Below, one piece after another: positions 10,021 through 19,200 of a DNA stretch of 64,000 nt (its first letter is position 1; every line of letters begins with the position of its first letter). The stretch comes from an uncultured Actinomycetes bacterium (GTDB lineage: Bacteria > Actinomycetota > UBA4738 > HRBIN12). The stretch lies in NCBI GenBank assembly GCA_963731925.1, contig CAVSXK010000024.1, positions 236,624-300,623 on the forward strand. The letters are read 5' to 3'. The notes beneath the pieces are model-generated. The model had not been told where the DNA came from, ran no database searches, and was given only the letters and a program-made list of their open reading frames with translations. The position numbers were made by a program, and so were the translations under genes.

Positions 10021-12336
10021 TCACCGCACCGCCGGCTTCGGGAACCGCACCCGGGGCATGCCGCCCGACATCTGCCACTCCTCGATCGGCCAGCGGCGCC
10101 GCTTCGCCACGCGCAGCAGCGCCGCGTCGGGCGACACCGCGACCGGGTTCCCCACAGCCCGCAGCAGCGCGAGGTCCGAGTGCGAGTCCGCGTACGCGTA
10201 GGACGCCTTGAGGTCGGCGCCCTCGAGCTCGGCGTACCGGCGGACCCACGCCCCGCGCGCCTCGCCCACCAGCGGCGGTTCGGCCAGGTAGCCCGTGTAC
10301 GCGCCGTCGCGGACCTCCAGGCGCGCCGCGATCACCTCGTCGAACAGCGGCGCGAGCGGCTGCACGAACGGTTCGGCCGCGGCCGTGATCATCATCGTGC
10401 GGTGCCCGGCCGCCCGGTGCTCCCGGATCCGGCGGATCGCCGCCGCCGAGACCTTCTGCAGCATGAACTCGGACACGATCTCCTCGACCAACCGCTCGAT
10501 CCCCTCGACCGTCGCGCCCTCGTACCGGCGGAAGAACGTCCGAAGGAACTCGCCGCGGTCGCGCCGGTCGGCCATCAGGTACGACGGCACACGAGAGAAC
10601 ACGCTCGCGAGCTCGTCCGGCCACTGGTCCCACGGCAGGTCGGCCATGCGCGACCACACGTAGGACTCGACGACGTTGGACGGCAGGATCGTCCCCTCCA
10701 TGTCGAACAGCGCGAGCACCAGCTGTTCGCGCTCGCGGATCCGGACCTGCGGCTTGACGCGCTTGCCCGAGAGCGCACGCAGACCCGCCGTGACCGCGGG
10801 GCAGTGCACGTCCTGGAGGTAGTACCGCCAGTCGACGGCCGCCGAGTCGAACGGGAACCGCTTGCGGTCCGCCGGCGTCAGCGAGCCGAACAGCTCGAGC
10901 GTCCGGTCGTCCGTGTAGATCACCTCGGCCTCGGTGTACGCGCCGTACAGGTCGGAGTACCGGCGAACGAAGTCCACCCGCCCCTTGTCCCGGTCGACCC
11001 GCGCGACGAGGTCGCGCATCTTCTTCGACTTCGGCAGGTGCGTGACGACTCGGTCGGCCACGTCGACCGCCCGTTCGGCCGTCCGCAGGAGCCGTTCGAC
11101 GCGGAGGTTGCCGGGGAAGGTCCACTCGGGCACCTTGACCGCGCCACGCCCCTGCTGCGGGAGCGGATCGCGCTCGAAGTACTCCTTCACGTTCTCGTAC
11201 AGGCCTTTGTACTGCAACGGATTCCGAGACCCGGACGACACGTGGTAGTAGGCGGGTGACCCGGGCTCCGGCGGCCGAGCCGCGGCGGCCAGCATCGCGT
11301 TCACGACGAAGTCGGCCGGGATGATGTCGATGATGCCCTCGGGGATCCCGGGGAAGTCCGGGATCGTCCCCCGGCCGTACGCGAGGATGATCGGCTCGGC
11401 CATCTTGAAGCCCTCGATCCACCCGGGGAACGGATGGGCGTACGACGACTCGATGATCGAGGGCCGCACGATCGACAACGGCGCGCCGTGCGAGGCCGCG
11501 AGCTCCTCGACCGCGCGCTCGCCCATCGCCTTGGTGAACGTGTAGTTGTCGGGCCAGCCGAGCGTCTGCGCTCGCGCTCGCCCGTACTGGACCAGTCGCT
11601 TGGTCACCCAGGTCTTGCGCCGCTCCTCGGCGTCGTCTGCGACGGACTGGGGGCCTGCGCGTCCGTGCTCGGAGCGGGCCTTGCGCAGGAACGCGTCGAG
11701 GATCTCGGGCTTGCGGCTCGCGGCCTCGACGTCGGCCCGCGCCCCGATCGCGAGGTCGGACTCCGCCTGCCAGTCCACGCGGTGGTCGAGCGTGGCCTCG
11801 GGGATCACGCCCTTGCGCACCCCCGCCACGTAGGCGGTCGAGACGTGGAGCAGGTGCGGGGAGGGGTTGTTCGCGAGCGCCGCCTCGTACAGACGGACGG
11901 CGCCGACCAGGTTGGTGAGGAAACCCTCGTCGATGGGCGGGTCGAACGCCACCGTGGCGGCGCAGTGGATCACGACGTCGAGGCCCCCCGGGATCTCGAG
12001 CTCGGCGGCCGAGAAGTCCCCGTCGACGACGTCCACGCGTTCGGCCAGGATCGCCGCGATCCCCTCGGTGCCCACCTTGTCCCGAAGGGCGTTGAACGTG
12101 GGACGGCCCATCAGCGACTCGACCCGCTGACGGCCGCTCGAACCGAGCTGCGGCCGCACCAGCAGCGTGATCCGCGTCTCGGGGAAGTCGAGCAGGAGGC
12201 GTTCGAACACGGCCTGCCCGAGGAAGCCGGTCACGCCCGTGACGAAGACGTTCTTGCCGGCGAGCCTGCGCACGATCGAGGTCGCGCGCGTGCCCGGGCT
12301 CCGAGGCTTCCGCGGGGCCGCGGCTTCGTCTACCAC
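10021..12336 (-). CDS. Fatty acyl-CoA reductase (extended SDR) fused to HAD-IB hydrolase
   Basis: TGVTGFLG, HVSTAYV, YTFTK and IVRPSII (FAR), then LFDMEGT and AYADSHSD..VGNPVAVSPD (HAD-IB). Confidence 0.88.
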   Translation of the reverse strand: MVDEAAAPRKPRSPGTRATSIVRRLAGKNVFVTGVTGFLGQAVFERLLLDFPETRITLLVRPQLGSSGRQRVESLMGRPTFNALRDKVGTEGIAAILAERVDVVDGDFSAAELEIPGGLDVVIHCAATVAFDPPIDEGFLTNLVGAVRLYEAALANNPSPHLLHVSTAYVAGVRKGVIPEATLDHRVDWQAESDLAIGARADVEAASRKPEILDAFLRKARSEHGRAGPQSVADDAEERRKTWVTKRLVQYGRARAQTLGWPDNYTFTKAMGERAVEELAASHGAPLSIVRPSIIESSYAHPFPGWIEGFKMAEPIILAYGRGTIPDFPGIPEGIIDIIPADFVVNAMLAAAARPPEPGSPAYYHVSSGSRNPLQYKGLYENVKEYFERDPLPQQGRGAVKVPEWTFPGNLRVERLLRTAERAVDVADRVVTHLPKSKKMRDLVARVDRDKGRVDFVRRYSDLYGAYTEAEVIYTDDRTLELFGSLTPADRKRFPFDSAAVDWRYYLQDVHCPAVTAGLRALSGKRVKPQVRIREREQLVLALFDMEGTILPSNVVESYVWSRMADLPWDQWPDELASVFSRVPSYLMADRRDRGEFLRTFFRRYEGATVEGIERLVEEIVSEFMLQKVSAAAIRRIREHRAAGHRTMMITAAAEPFVQPLAPLFDEVIAARLEVRDGAYTGYLAEPPLVGEARGAWVRRYAELEGADLKASYAYADSHSDLALLRAVGNPVAVSPDAALLRVAKRRRWPIEEWQMSGGMPRVRFPKPAVR

Positions 12337-12373
12337 GTGGCAGATTATGCCCTATCTACCGAGTGGTAGACAA
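12329..12373 (-). promoter_or_regulatory. Leaderless sigmaA-type promoter overlapped by two TetR-like operators
   Basis: Minus strand -35 TTGTCT (12373-12368), 18-bp spacer, -10 CATAAT (12349-12344), GTG start at 12336; palindromes TCTACC-ACGT-GGCAGA (12329-12344) and TCTACC-GAGT-GGTAGA (12355-12370). Confidence 0.7.
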
Positions 12374-12412
12374 GGGTTCCAGCGGCGGCGTGACGGTCGG
12401 GTAGCGCCGGGG

Positions 12413-13600
12413 CTATGGAGGCGCTCTCTCGACGAGGGCCGAGCCATCGTGTCTCCGGAACACGGGACGGCCGTTCGAGAGCTCCAGGAGGAAGCGTCCC
12501 CAGTGCACCATGCGGTGGTGGCGGCGGCAGAGCAACAACAGGTTCGCCAACGCGGTCGGCCCGCCGTCGGCCCAATGCACCACGTGATGAGCGTCGCACC
12601 AGGTATGCGGACGGTCGCAGCCGGGGAACCGGCACCGGCGATCTCGAACGATCACGGCCCGGCGCATCGAGGGTGGGACGACCGGTGTCCGACGACCGAC
12701 GTCGAGCGGCTCGGCACGCCCGGACATCACGACCCGCATGACGGACGCTTCGCAGGCGAGCGCCCTCACAGCATCGACATCGACGGGTCCGGCGTGATCC
12801 AGCTCCCCGGCTCCGCGGCGGGATGCGAGCGTATCCGCATCCACCGTCACCGTGACGTGTGGACGTTCGCCGGCCACGGCCGGCCGCTCGGCCAGGTCGA
12901 GCCACTGACGGCAGATCTCGCCGAGCGCATCGGCCCTGCGTTGCGCGGGCGTCCGGTCGTCCGCCGCGCCCGAACGCGCCTCGGCGTCGAGCACCGCTCG
13001 GAGCGCCGTCAGCAACGACTCACCCGTCTCGGGATCGAGGTCGCCGTCCACCCGCACCATCCCGAGCAGCGAGACCGACGCATGCAACCGCCGACGAGCT
13101 CGGAGCCGGTCCTCGCCGTCGAGCGCCTGTTCACGTTCGACCGCCTCGCGCCAGAACGCCGCAACGCGCTGGAGATCGCTCACCGAATGGATCCGCGCGG
13201 CCTCGACGAGCTGCGGCTCGCAACGTTCGAAGGCATCGGCCGAGGCATCCCGAACCGCGACCAACACCCGGATCGCCGACATCGAGACCTCGCCCTCCTC
13301 GAGCGCGCGTCGCGTCCTGGGCATGTGGTCCAGCGCGCGGGCGATCCGAACGTGCTCGCGCGCGGCGCCCCACGCGACCTTGAACCGGCTGACGAGCCAC
13401 GCCGCTGCCGACAGGAACCCGTCCCGCTCGTGCAGGCCTCGGCGCTCGATCTCGGCCAACCGACGCAACCGTTCGACCTCGAGCTGCTCGACCGCGCGGT
13501 GCAGCTCGGCGAAGTCCTCCTCGACCCGCGCATCCGGCAGCTCCGCCAGCGTCTCGGACCGAAGCGCATCCACGGTCGAACGTAGCTCGCTCAAACCCAT
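12413..13600 (-). CDS. DUF222 (13E12 repeat family) HNH endonuclease
   Basis: RTPAQRRADAL, PHVTVTVD, RDRRCRFPGC, CDAHHVVHWADGGPT and LLCRRHHRMVH. Confidence 0.92.
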   Translation of the reverse strand: MGLSELRSTVDALRSETLAELPDARVEEDFAELHRAVEQLEVERLRRLAEIERRGLHERDGFLSAAAWLVSRFKVAWGAAREHVRIARALDHMPRTRRALEEGEVSMSAIRVLVAVRDASADAFERCEPQLVEAARIHSVSDLQRVAAFWREAVEREQALDGEDRLRARRRLHASVSLLGMVRVDGDLDPETGESLLTALRAVLDAEARSGAADDRTPAQRRADALGEICRQWLDLAERPAVAGERPHVTVTVDADTLASRRGAGELDHAGPVDVDAVRALACEASVMRVVMSGRAEPLDVGRRTPVVPPSMRRAVIVRDRRCRFPGCDRPHTWCDAHHVVHWADGGPTALANLLLLCRRHHRMVHWGRFLLELSNGRPVFRRHDGSALVERAPP

Positions 13601-13606
13601 CCCTCC

Positions 13607-13620
13607 CGAACAGGTGTTCG
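13607..13620. promoter_or_regulatory. LexA (SOS) box upstream of the DUF222/HNH gene
   Basis: CGAAC-AGGT-GTTCG matches the Gram-positive/actinobacterial LexA consensus; lies between a TAGGTT -10 (13629-13624) and the GGGAGGG RBS. Confidence 0.8.
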
Positions 13621-13663
13621 TGAAACCTACAATGACCCACCGACATCCCTAGGCTCTCGGTCG

Positions 13664-15088
13664 ATGGCAACGAGCGCGCAGCAAGCACCTCCCTGGCGAG
13701 CGGTCTTCGCCGGCGCGCGCGGGCGGCTCACGATCGGGCTGCTGATCCTCGAGGCGCTCGTCGCGATCGAGATCATGGTGGTGGCGACGATCCTTCCCGC
13801 CGTCCAGGCGGACCTGCACGGGCTGAAGCTCTACGGGTGGATCTACGCCGCGCTCACGCTCGCGTCGCTCGGCACCGTGCCGATCGCGGGCCACCTGACC
13901 GACCGGCTGGGCCCGCGCCCGATCCTCGGCATCTCGATCGCCTTCTACGTCGGGGGGCTCATCCTGGCCGCCACGGCGCCCACGATGTTCATCCTGGTCG
14001 TCGCGCGATTCGTGCAGGGGATCGGCGGGGGCGGGATGTACACGGTCTCGCTCGGCACGGTCGCGAAGACCTACCCGCAGGACATCCGGCCGCGCGTGAT
14101 GGCCCTGCTCGCCTCGATGTGGATCCTGCCGGGTCTGGTCGGACCGCCGATCGGCGCGCTGATCAACGCCGCCGTGGGCTGGCGGTGGGTGTTCGTGGCT
14201 CCCCTGCCGCTGATCGTGCTCGCGGCGGCGCTCGTGATGCCGGCGCTACGGAACGTGCAGGCGAGCGAGGAGCGCTCGAGCCTCCCGATCGCCGCCTCGC
14301 TCGTGCTCATGGTCGGCGCAGGAGCGCTCCTCGCCGGGCTGACCGAGCCATCGATCTGGAGCGGCCCGCTCGTCGTGCTCGGTCTCGCCATCACGATCCC
14401 GGCGCTCCGCAGGATCACGCCGCGTGGAACCCTCGTCGCCCGCCGAGGACTGCCGGCGGCGTCCGCGGGGGCGTTCCTCGCCTCGGCGGCGTTCTTCAGC
14501 ATCGACGGCTTCATCACGCTCATGCTGACGCAGGTCCGCGGGCTCTCGGTCGGCGTCGCCGGGATCGTGCTGACCTGCTCGGCGCTCGCGTGGGCGGCAG
14601 GCTCCTGGTGGCAGTCCCGGGTGGCGGGACGTCTCGGCACGCGGTGGCTGACCACGTTCGGCTCGCTGCTGATCGCCTCGGGAGGAGCCGTCCTCGCGGT
14701 CGGGCTCCTGGACGTCCCGCTCGTGGTGCCGTACGTGGGCTGGGCGATCGGGAGCGTCGGCATGGGGATCGTGTGGCCGACGATCCCCCTCTCGGTCATG
14801 GGCGAGGCCACCGAGGGCCGCGAGGCCGCCGAGCTCTCCTCGACCATCCTGATGGACTACCTCGGCGTCGGCATCGGCGCCGGCCTCGGCGGCGTCTTCA
14901 TCGCCCTCGCCGACGCCGGCACCATCTCGCTCGAGGCAGGCCTGGCGGGCGCGTTCGGGCTCGGTGTCACGTTCGCGCTGGTCCTCGCCCTCGTCGGCCG
15001 GCGCCTGCCCGACGCGCGCCAGTGCCTGAGGCCGTTGCGCCGCAAGACGAACATGAGAAGGAATCTCCCGCCCGCCCGACAGGCTTGA
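13664..15088 (+). CDS. MFS transporter (drug:H+ antiporter-like)
   Basis: Many hydrophobic helices; motif A GHLTDRLGPRP; ARFVQGIGGG. Confidence 0.9.
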   Translation: MATSAQQAPPWRAVFAGARGRLTIGLLILEALVAIEIMVVATILPAVQADLHGLKLYGWIYAALTLASLGTVPIAGHLTDRLGPRPILGISIAFYVGGLILAATAPTMFILVVARFVQGIGGGGMYTVSLGTVAKTYPQDIRPRVMALLASMWILPGLVGPPIGALINAAVGWRWVFVAPLPLIVLAAALVMPALRNVQASEERSSLPIAASLVLMVGAGALLAGLTEPSIWSGPLVVLGLAITIPALRRITPRGTLVARRGLPAASAGAFLASAAFFSIDGFITLMLTQVRGLSVGVAGIVLTCSALAWAAGSWWQSRVAGRLGTRWLTTFGSLLIASGGAVLAVGLLDVPLVVPYVGWAIGSVGMGIVWPTIPLSVMGEATEGREAAELSSTILMDYLGVGIGAGLGGVFIALADAGTISLEAGLAGAFGLGVTFALVLALVGRRLPDARQCLRPLRRKTNMRRNLPPARQA

Positions 15089-15269
15089 CATCAAGTTCCT
15101 AGTCACCAACCTGCGATTCGCTTCAGTTGGGTCCCGGCTTCCTACGCCTGCGATCGGGCCCACCGGGACGGCCATGGAGGGATCGGGAATAGGAAGCTCT
15201 TCGCTCCTCGGGCGCCGTGGGCCGGGCGACGGTAGTAAATACGGCCCGACATGGATAGGAAAGAGGGCG

Positions 15270-15600
15270 GGGCTGACCACCCGAGGACACCGTGTCCGTC
15301 ACGTCCGCCACGTTGTCCCGACGGGGTGGGTTCGTCACGTAGACGTTGGTCGTCACCGACACCACGTCGTCCGGAACGGACCCGAGGGTTTCCCAGTTGA
15401 TCGTAAACTCGACGGTCGCAGACAGTTCCTCATCGCCGGTGTTGCAGACATTGTCGAAGTTTAGCGATGCGGGTGTGGAATCCTTGGGTGATGTTCCAGT
15501 TCGTCGCCGAGTCCTGGACTGCAGACAGGTCCTTGGTCAGTTCCCGCGGCTGAATCCCATTCACCGGGATCGAACGGTCCTGACCAACCTGATCGAGGTT
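15270..15600 (-). pseudogene. Start-less, frameshifted divergent copy of an internal domain of the adjacent 1056-aa secreted protein
   Basis: Manual translation VGQDRSIPVNGIQPRELTKDLSAVQDSATNWNIT/KDSTPASLNFDNVCNTGDEELSATVEFTINWETLGSVPDDVVSVTTNVYVTNPPRRDNVADVTDTVSSG aligns by eye with residues encoded at ~18260-17940. Confidence 0.7.
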
Positions 15601-15622
15601 CTAGGTACGGCCCCAGACAGGA

Positions 15623-15651
15623 AGAGGCGGGGCCTTTTGGGCCCCGCCTCT
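15623..15651 (-). terminator. Hairpin terminator of the large secreted protein gene
   Basis: Perfect 12-bp stem agaggcggggcc / ggccccgcctct just downstream of the stop codon. Confidence 0.75.
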
Positions 15652-15668
15652 GCCCGCACGGTTTCTCC

Positions 15669-18600
15669 CTAGCAGAGGTTGCCGTTGTTGTACTGGTCGA
15701 TCGTCGCGGCGAGGCTATTCGCCAGGGTCTTCTGCGCGGCCGTCAGCGGGGTCGCCGCTGCGCCGTCGAAGCCCGTCTGCTCGAACAGCGTCTTGGCCGA
15801 GGCCATCGCCGTGTTGATCGCGGCGCAAGTGCCAGCACCGCCCTGGATGTTCAACTTCGCGGCCACGTACTGAGCCGCCAGGTTGATCAGAGCGTCGTTC
15901 GCTGCCTTCTTGCCCTTGCCGACCGTACCTGCTGGCTTCTTGTCCAACAGGTTCCGAGCCTCGGCACAAGTGTCCACGTAGAGAGTGCCCACGTAGAAGC
16001 CTGGCTTGGTCTGGCCCGATTCGATCGGGAACGTGGCGAGGACCTGGTCGAGGACCGGAGCCTGGTTGCCTCCGCTGGTCTTGCAGGAGGCGTGGTTCTT
16101 CCAGAACCCGATCGTCAACTGGCCACCACCAGGCGGAGGCGTGTTCTCCACCGCCACCTCGATGTCCTGGTTCGCAACCGTCACCTCGACGTCAACGCAC
16201 TGGCGGTCGTTACTCAGTGCGATCACCAGCGTGTAGCCCTCGCTGCCGTCGAACTTGACGATCCAACCGGGACCTGGCACGACCTCACAGACCGTGTAGG
16301 TCCCTGGCTCGAGGTCGCCGTCCAGTTGCACGGCCCCGCCGCCAGCAGTGACCTGCTGTGAGTCGAGCACGGTACCCGCGACGTCATCGAGCGGGTTCAG
16401 CGGGTCGTTGATGTCAACGCCCTCCCGAAGCTCGATGGTGAACGGGCCGTTGCTCCCGCTAGTGACGGTCTTCGTCACCTTGATCGTGCCACGAGCGGTG
16501 TTCGTGAAGGTGCACTCGTAGGTGGTCCCGTCACTGCCCGGGAACTCCACCGTGAACGTGCAGTCCGCACTCCCACCGTCACTCTCCCAACCGGCCTGCG
16601 GGGTCTCCACGATGTAGTAGTCGCCCTCGTCGAGCTCGATCGGGTTGTTGCTGGCATCCAGGAACTGCGTCTGCCCGGAGCCGCTGGTGACCGCGGTGGA
16701 GATCAGCGTGTCCTCGGCACCCGCACCAGCGGGGTCGTTGTCGAGGAAGAGCTTGAACTCCCACCCAGGCTCGTTGCCCGCCGGGTCAGTCACCTTTGCG
16801 ACCGAGGCACTTGCAGTCTGCTTCGTGTTGGTGAACGTGCAGGAGAACAGCCCATCGGCGTCCACTGGGTAGTCCACCGTGAACGTGCAGCCAGCGTCGC
16901 CGCCGTCACTCGTCCAGCCGTGCTGCTCCTCTTCGAGGACGTAGTAGTCGCCCTCGTCAACCAGCGCGTCTGGGAACGAGATGAAGTCGGCGTCGGTAGT
17001 GGTCACCGTTGACTTCAGCAGGTCGTCGCCCGCAGGCGCCGGATCCTGGATTCCGTCACCGTCGTCGAGGTACAGGTTGAACGTCCAACCTGCCTCACTA
17101 CCTTCGGGAACGGTGATCTTCTTCACCCGGGCCGTTGCCGGACCGAAGGTGTTGTCAACGGTGATCTCGGCCGCGCAGTCACCTGCACCGATGACCACGT
17201 CGTCGATCGCCGCAGGCGGGTAGTCGTTCGTTCCCGTTTCGGTGATCTGGTACGTGCCATCATCCAGGTTGATCGTTCCTGGGACCACACTCGCCGTCGT
17301 CCCATCAGGAACCACCACGTTGACGGTCCCGACACTGATGCCGTTCTGGGACACGTCGAACGAGAAGGTCAAGTCGCCGTCGGCCGGAACCGACGTTGTC
17401 TTGTTGATGGTCAGAGTCGCGAGCGAGGTGCTGGTGATGTGGGTCGAAGCCGTGACCGCGTCGACGATGGGGGTTCCACCGACCGACAGGTTGGCCTCAT
17501 CCGACAGGGTTGCATCGACGTCCCCAGAACCGGTACCGCGCACCGTCTTGGTGAACGTCACCGAACCCGAGTCAGTCGCACCAGTCAGCTCCCAGTCAAC
17601 AGGCCCCGTGGTGAAGGTGCCGGGGGTGTAGCCGACAAATGACCCCACGCCCGGGTCAGCCACCGAGAACTCGGCGTTGCCGGTCATGGACTCGGTGTCG
17701 GTGATGTCCACCGTCCCGTTGATGATGGTCCCGCTCGACACCACCGTGGCGTTGGCTGTGGCCTCCGTGGTCCCCGGGATGTCAACGTCCGGGAACACGG
17801 GGTCCGTGTACTCGGCCGTGGCGATGTCGTTCAGGTTCACCGCGTCCGCCTCGTCGATCAGGATGTCGTGGGTCAGGACAACCTGGGACGTCCCCGCCGG
17901 CACAAGCGCACCATCGGTGACAGGCCCGTCGAGAAGCGTGGTTCCCGAGAAGATGTTGTCCGTCACGTCCACCTGAATCGGTCGGTTGGACGGGTTGATC
18001 GCCGTGACCTCCGTGTGAACGGCCACCTGACCCGCGGGCACGGTGTCGCCCTTGGTCCACGTGATCGTCACCTCGACGCTGCCCTCCCCGGTGTTGCCGG
18101 GGTCGCAGCTGTCGCCCAGGTTCAGGTCAGTCGGTGTGGCCTCCTTGGACAGGAGCCACTCCTGCTGCTGGTCCTGGGTGGCGGTCATGGTCTTGGTGAT
18201 GTCTTGTGCCTCGAACGACTCAGGGACCGGGATGGAGTTGTCCTTGTTCCCGACGCCCTGCGTCCCGTTGTTCTCGTTTCGGGTGTGCGTGTGCAGCGCA
18301 GAGCCTGGGTACAGGTGCGACCCCAGAGCTAGCCGTGCGTCCCAGTCGAAGACACAGGTTGTGCCCTTGTCCTGGGTGATATGCACGGTGATGAACCTCT
18401 CTGCCTGATTCGCCGTGGTCTGCATCGCCCCCGACGTGATGGTGCAGCTGTCGTCCGACAGCGCCTCGTTGACACTGGGCGGGCTGATGAAGTCGTAGCC
18501 GATCGCTGCACCGTTCTTGTAGTCGACGGTGAAGTTCAGGTCATACGACGTGGTCGCGTTGTTCTGGGTCCCCAGCGATGTCGTGACCCGCTGCGGAACC

Positions 18601-18839
18601 AGGTCCAACTCGGCCCAGCCTTTCCCGAGGTTCCCGTTCGTGTACAGCGCATCCGTACAGATGAAGCCTTCGCCGTACGGATTCGCGATGTAGTCCGACG
18701 ATGTCACCGACCCGCGGCAACCGCCCATTCCGACGGTTACCTGGACCGGCTCCGTCGCCGACGCTGCTGTCGCGGCAAGGACTTGGAACAACCCCGCTAC
18801 GAGTAGCAGCGACATGATGCTTGCGATCCTCTTACTCAA
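15669..18839 (-). CDS. Large secreted protein with tandem SpaA/CnaB-like (prealbumin-fold) domains; putative adhesin/surface protein
   Basis: Signal peptide MSKRIASIMSLLLVAGLFQVLAATAASA; repeats with K...EGDYY.E...CTFTNT; C-terminal TIGFWKNH...LAAQYVAAKLN...YNNG domain; no LPxTG. Confidence 0.8.
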   Translation of the reverse strand: MSKRIASIMSLLLVAGLFQVLAATAASATEPVQVTVGMGGCRGSVTSSDYIANPYGEGFICTDALYTNGNLGKGWAELDLVPQRVTTSLGTQNNATTSYDLNFTVDYKNGAAIGYDFISPPSVNEALSDDSCTITSGAMQTTANQAERFITVHITQDKGTTCVFDWDARLALGSHLYPGSALHTHTRNENNGTQGVGNKDNSIPVPESFEAQDITKTMTATQDQQQEWLLSKEATPTDLNLGDSCDPGNTGEGSVEVTITWTKGDTVPAGQVAVHTEVTAINPSNRPIQVDVTDNIFSGTTLLDGPVTDGALVPAGTSQVVLTHDILIDEADAVNLNDIATAEYTDPVFPDVDIPGTTEATANATVVSSGTIINGTVDITDTESMTGNAEFSVADPGVGSFVGYTPGTFTTGPVDWELTGATDSGSVTFTKTVRGTGSGDVDATLSDEANLSVGGTPIVDAVTASTHITSTSLATLTINKTTSVPADGDLTFSFDVSQNGISVGTVNVVVPDGTTASVVPGTINLDDGTYQITETGTNDYPPAAIDDVVIGAGDCAAEITVDNTFGPATARVKKITVPEGSEAGWTFNLYLDDGDGIQDPAPAGDDLLKSTVTTTDADFISFPDALVDEGDYYVLEEEQHGWTSDGGDAGCTFTVDYPVDADGLFSCTFTNTKQTASASVAKVTDPAGNEPGWEFKLFLDNDPAGAGAEDTLISTAVTSGSGQTQFLDASNNPIELDEGDYYIVETPQAGWESDGGSADCTFTVEFPGSDGTTYECTFTNTARGTIKVTKTVTSGSNGPFTIELREGVDINDPLNPLDDVAGTVLDSQQVTAGGGAVQLDGDLEPGTYTVCEVVPGPGWIVKFDGSEGYTLVIALSNDRQCVDVEVTVANQDIEVAVENTPPPGGGQLTIGFWKNHASCKTSGGNQAPVLDQVLATFPIESGQTKPGFYVGTLYVDTCAEARNLLDKKPAGTVGKGKKAANDALINLAAQYVAAKLNIQGGAGTCAAINTAMASAKTLFEQTGFDGAAATPLTAAQKTLANSLAATIDQYNNGNLC

Positions 18840-19132
18840 TGTCTCCCCCTTTCAGGGTTCGATAGCAGCAGACGGCACCATGCCGCCTACCGTCCTCCCC
18901 ATGCCGCCATCCAATCGACCAACCCCCTTCACGGATCGTGGGTCTGGAATGTCGCGGTTCATGTGCGTGTTCCGCTGAGAGATCGCTTTCTCGGAGCCGA
19001 ACAAGAGCGGGTGTCGTCCGCTGCGATTTCCTGCGGCGACCACGCACTGCGTTCCCCGTTCAACCTAGGACAGAAGCCAACTGAACCGTAGGTGGTTTGG
19101 GGGATGCCCTCGATATCGGTGGACACACTGGG

Positions 19133-19152
19133 AGTGTCGTCTTGACGACACT
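19133..19152. promoter_or_regulatory. Perfect palindrome AGTGTCGTC-TT-GACGACACT (Crp/Fnr-like operator geometry, or short terminator)
   Basis: TGTCG-N6-CGACA between the crp stop codon and the secreted-protein upstream region. Confidence 0.45.
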
Positions 19153-19200
19153 GATCAAGTCACCTGGCTGGCTCGGCCAGTTGTGATCTCGTCTGGCGAC

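Noticed and set aside
15123-18839. Diversity-generating retroelement (TR/VR pair)
   Set aside because: Similarity is evident at protein level only, differences are not adenine-specific, and there is no reverse transcriptase in the window
18840-19200. c-di-GMP or c-di-AMP riboswitch upstream of the secreted protein
   Set aside because: Long intergenic region, but I could not find the conserved aptamer motifs; an Rfam scan would settle it
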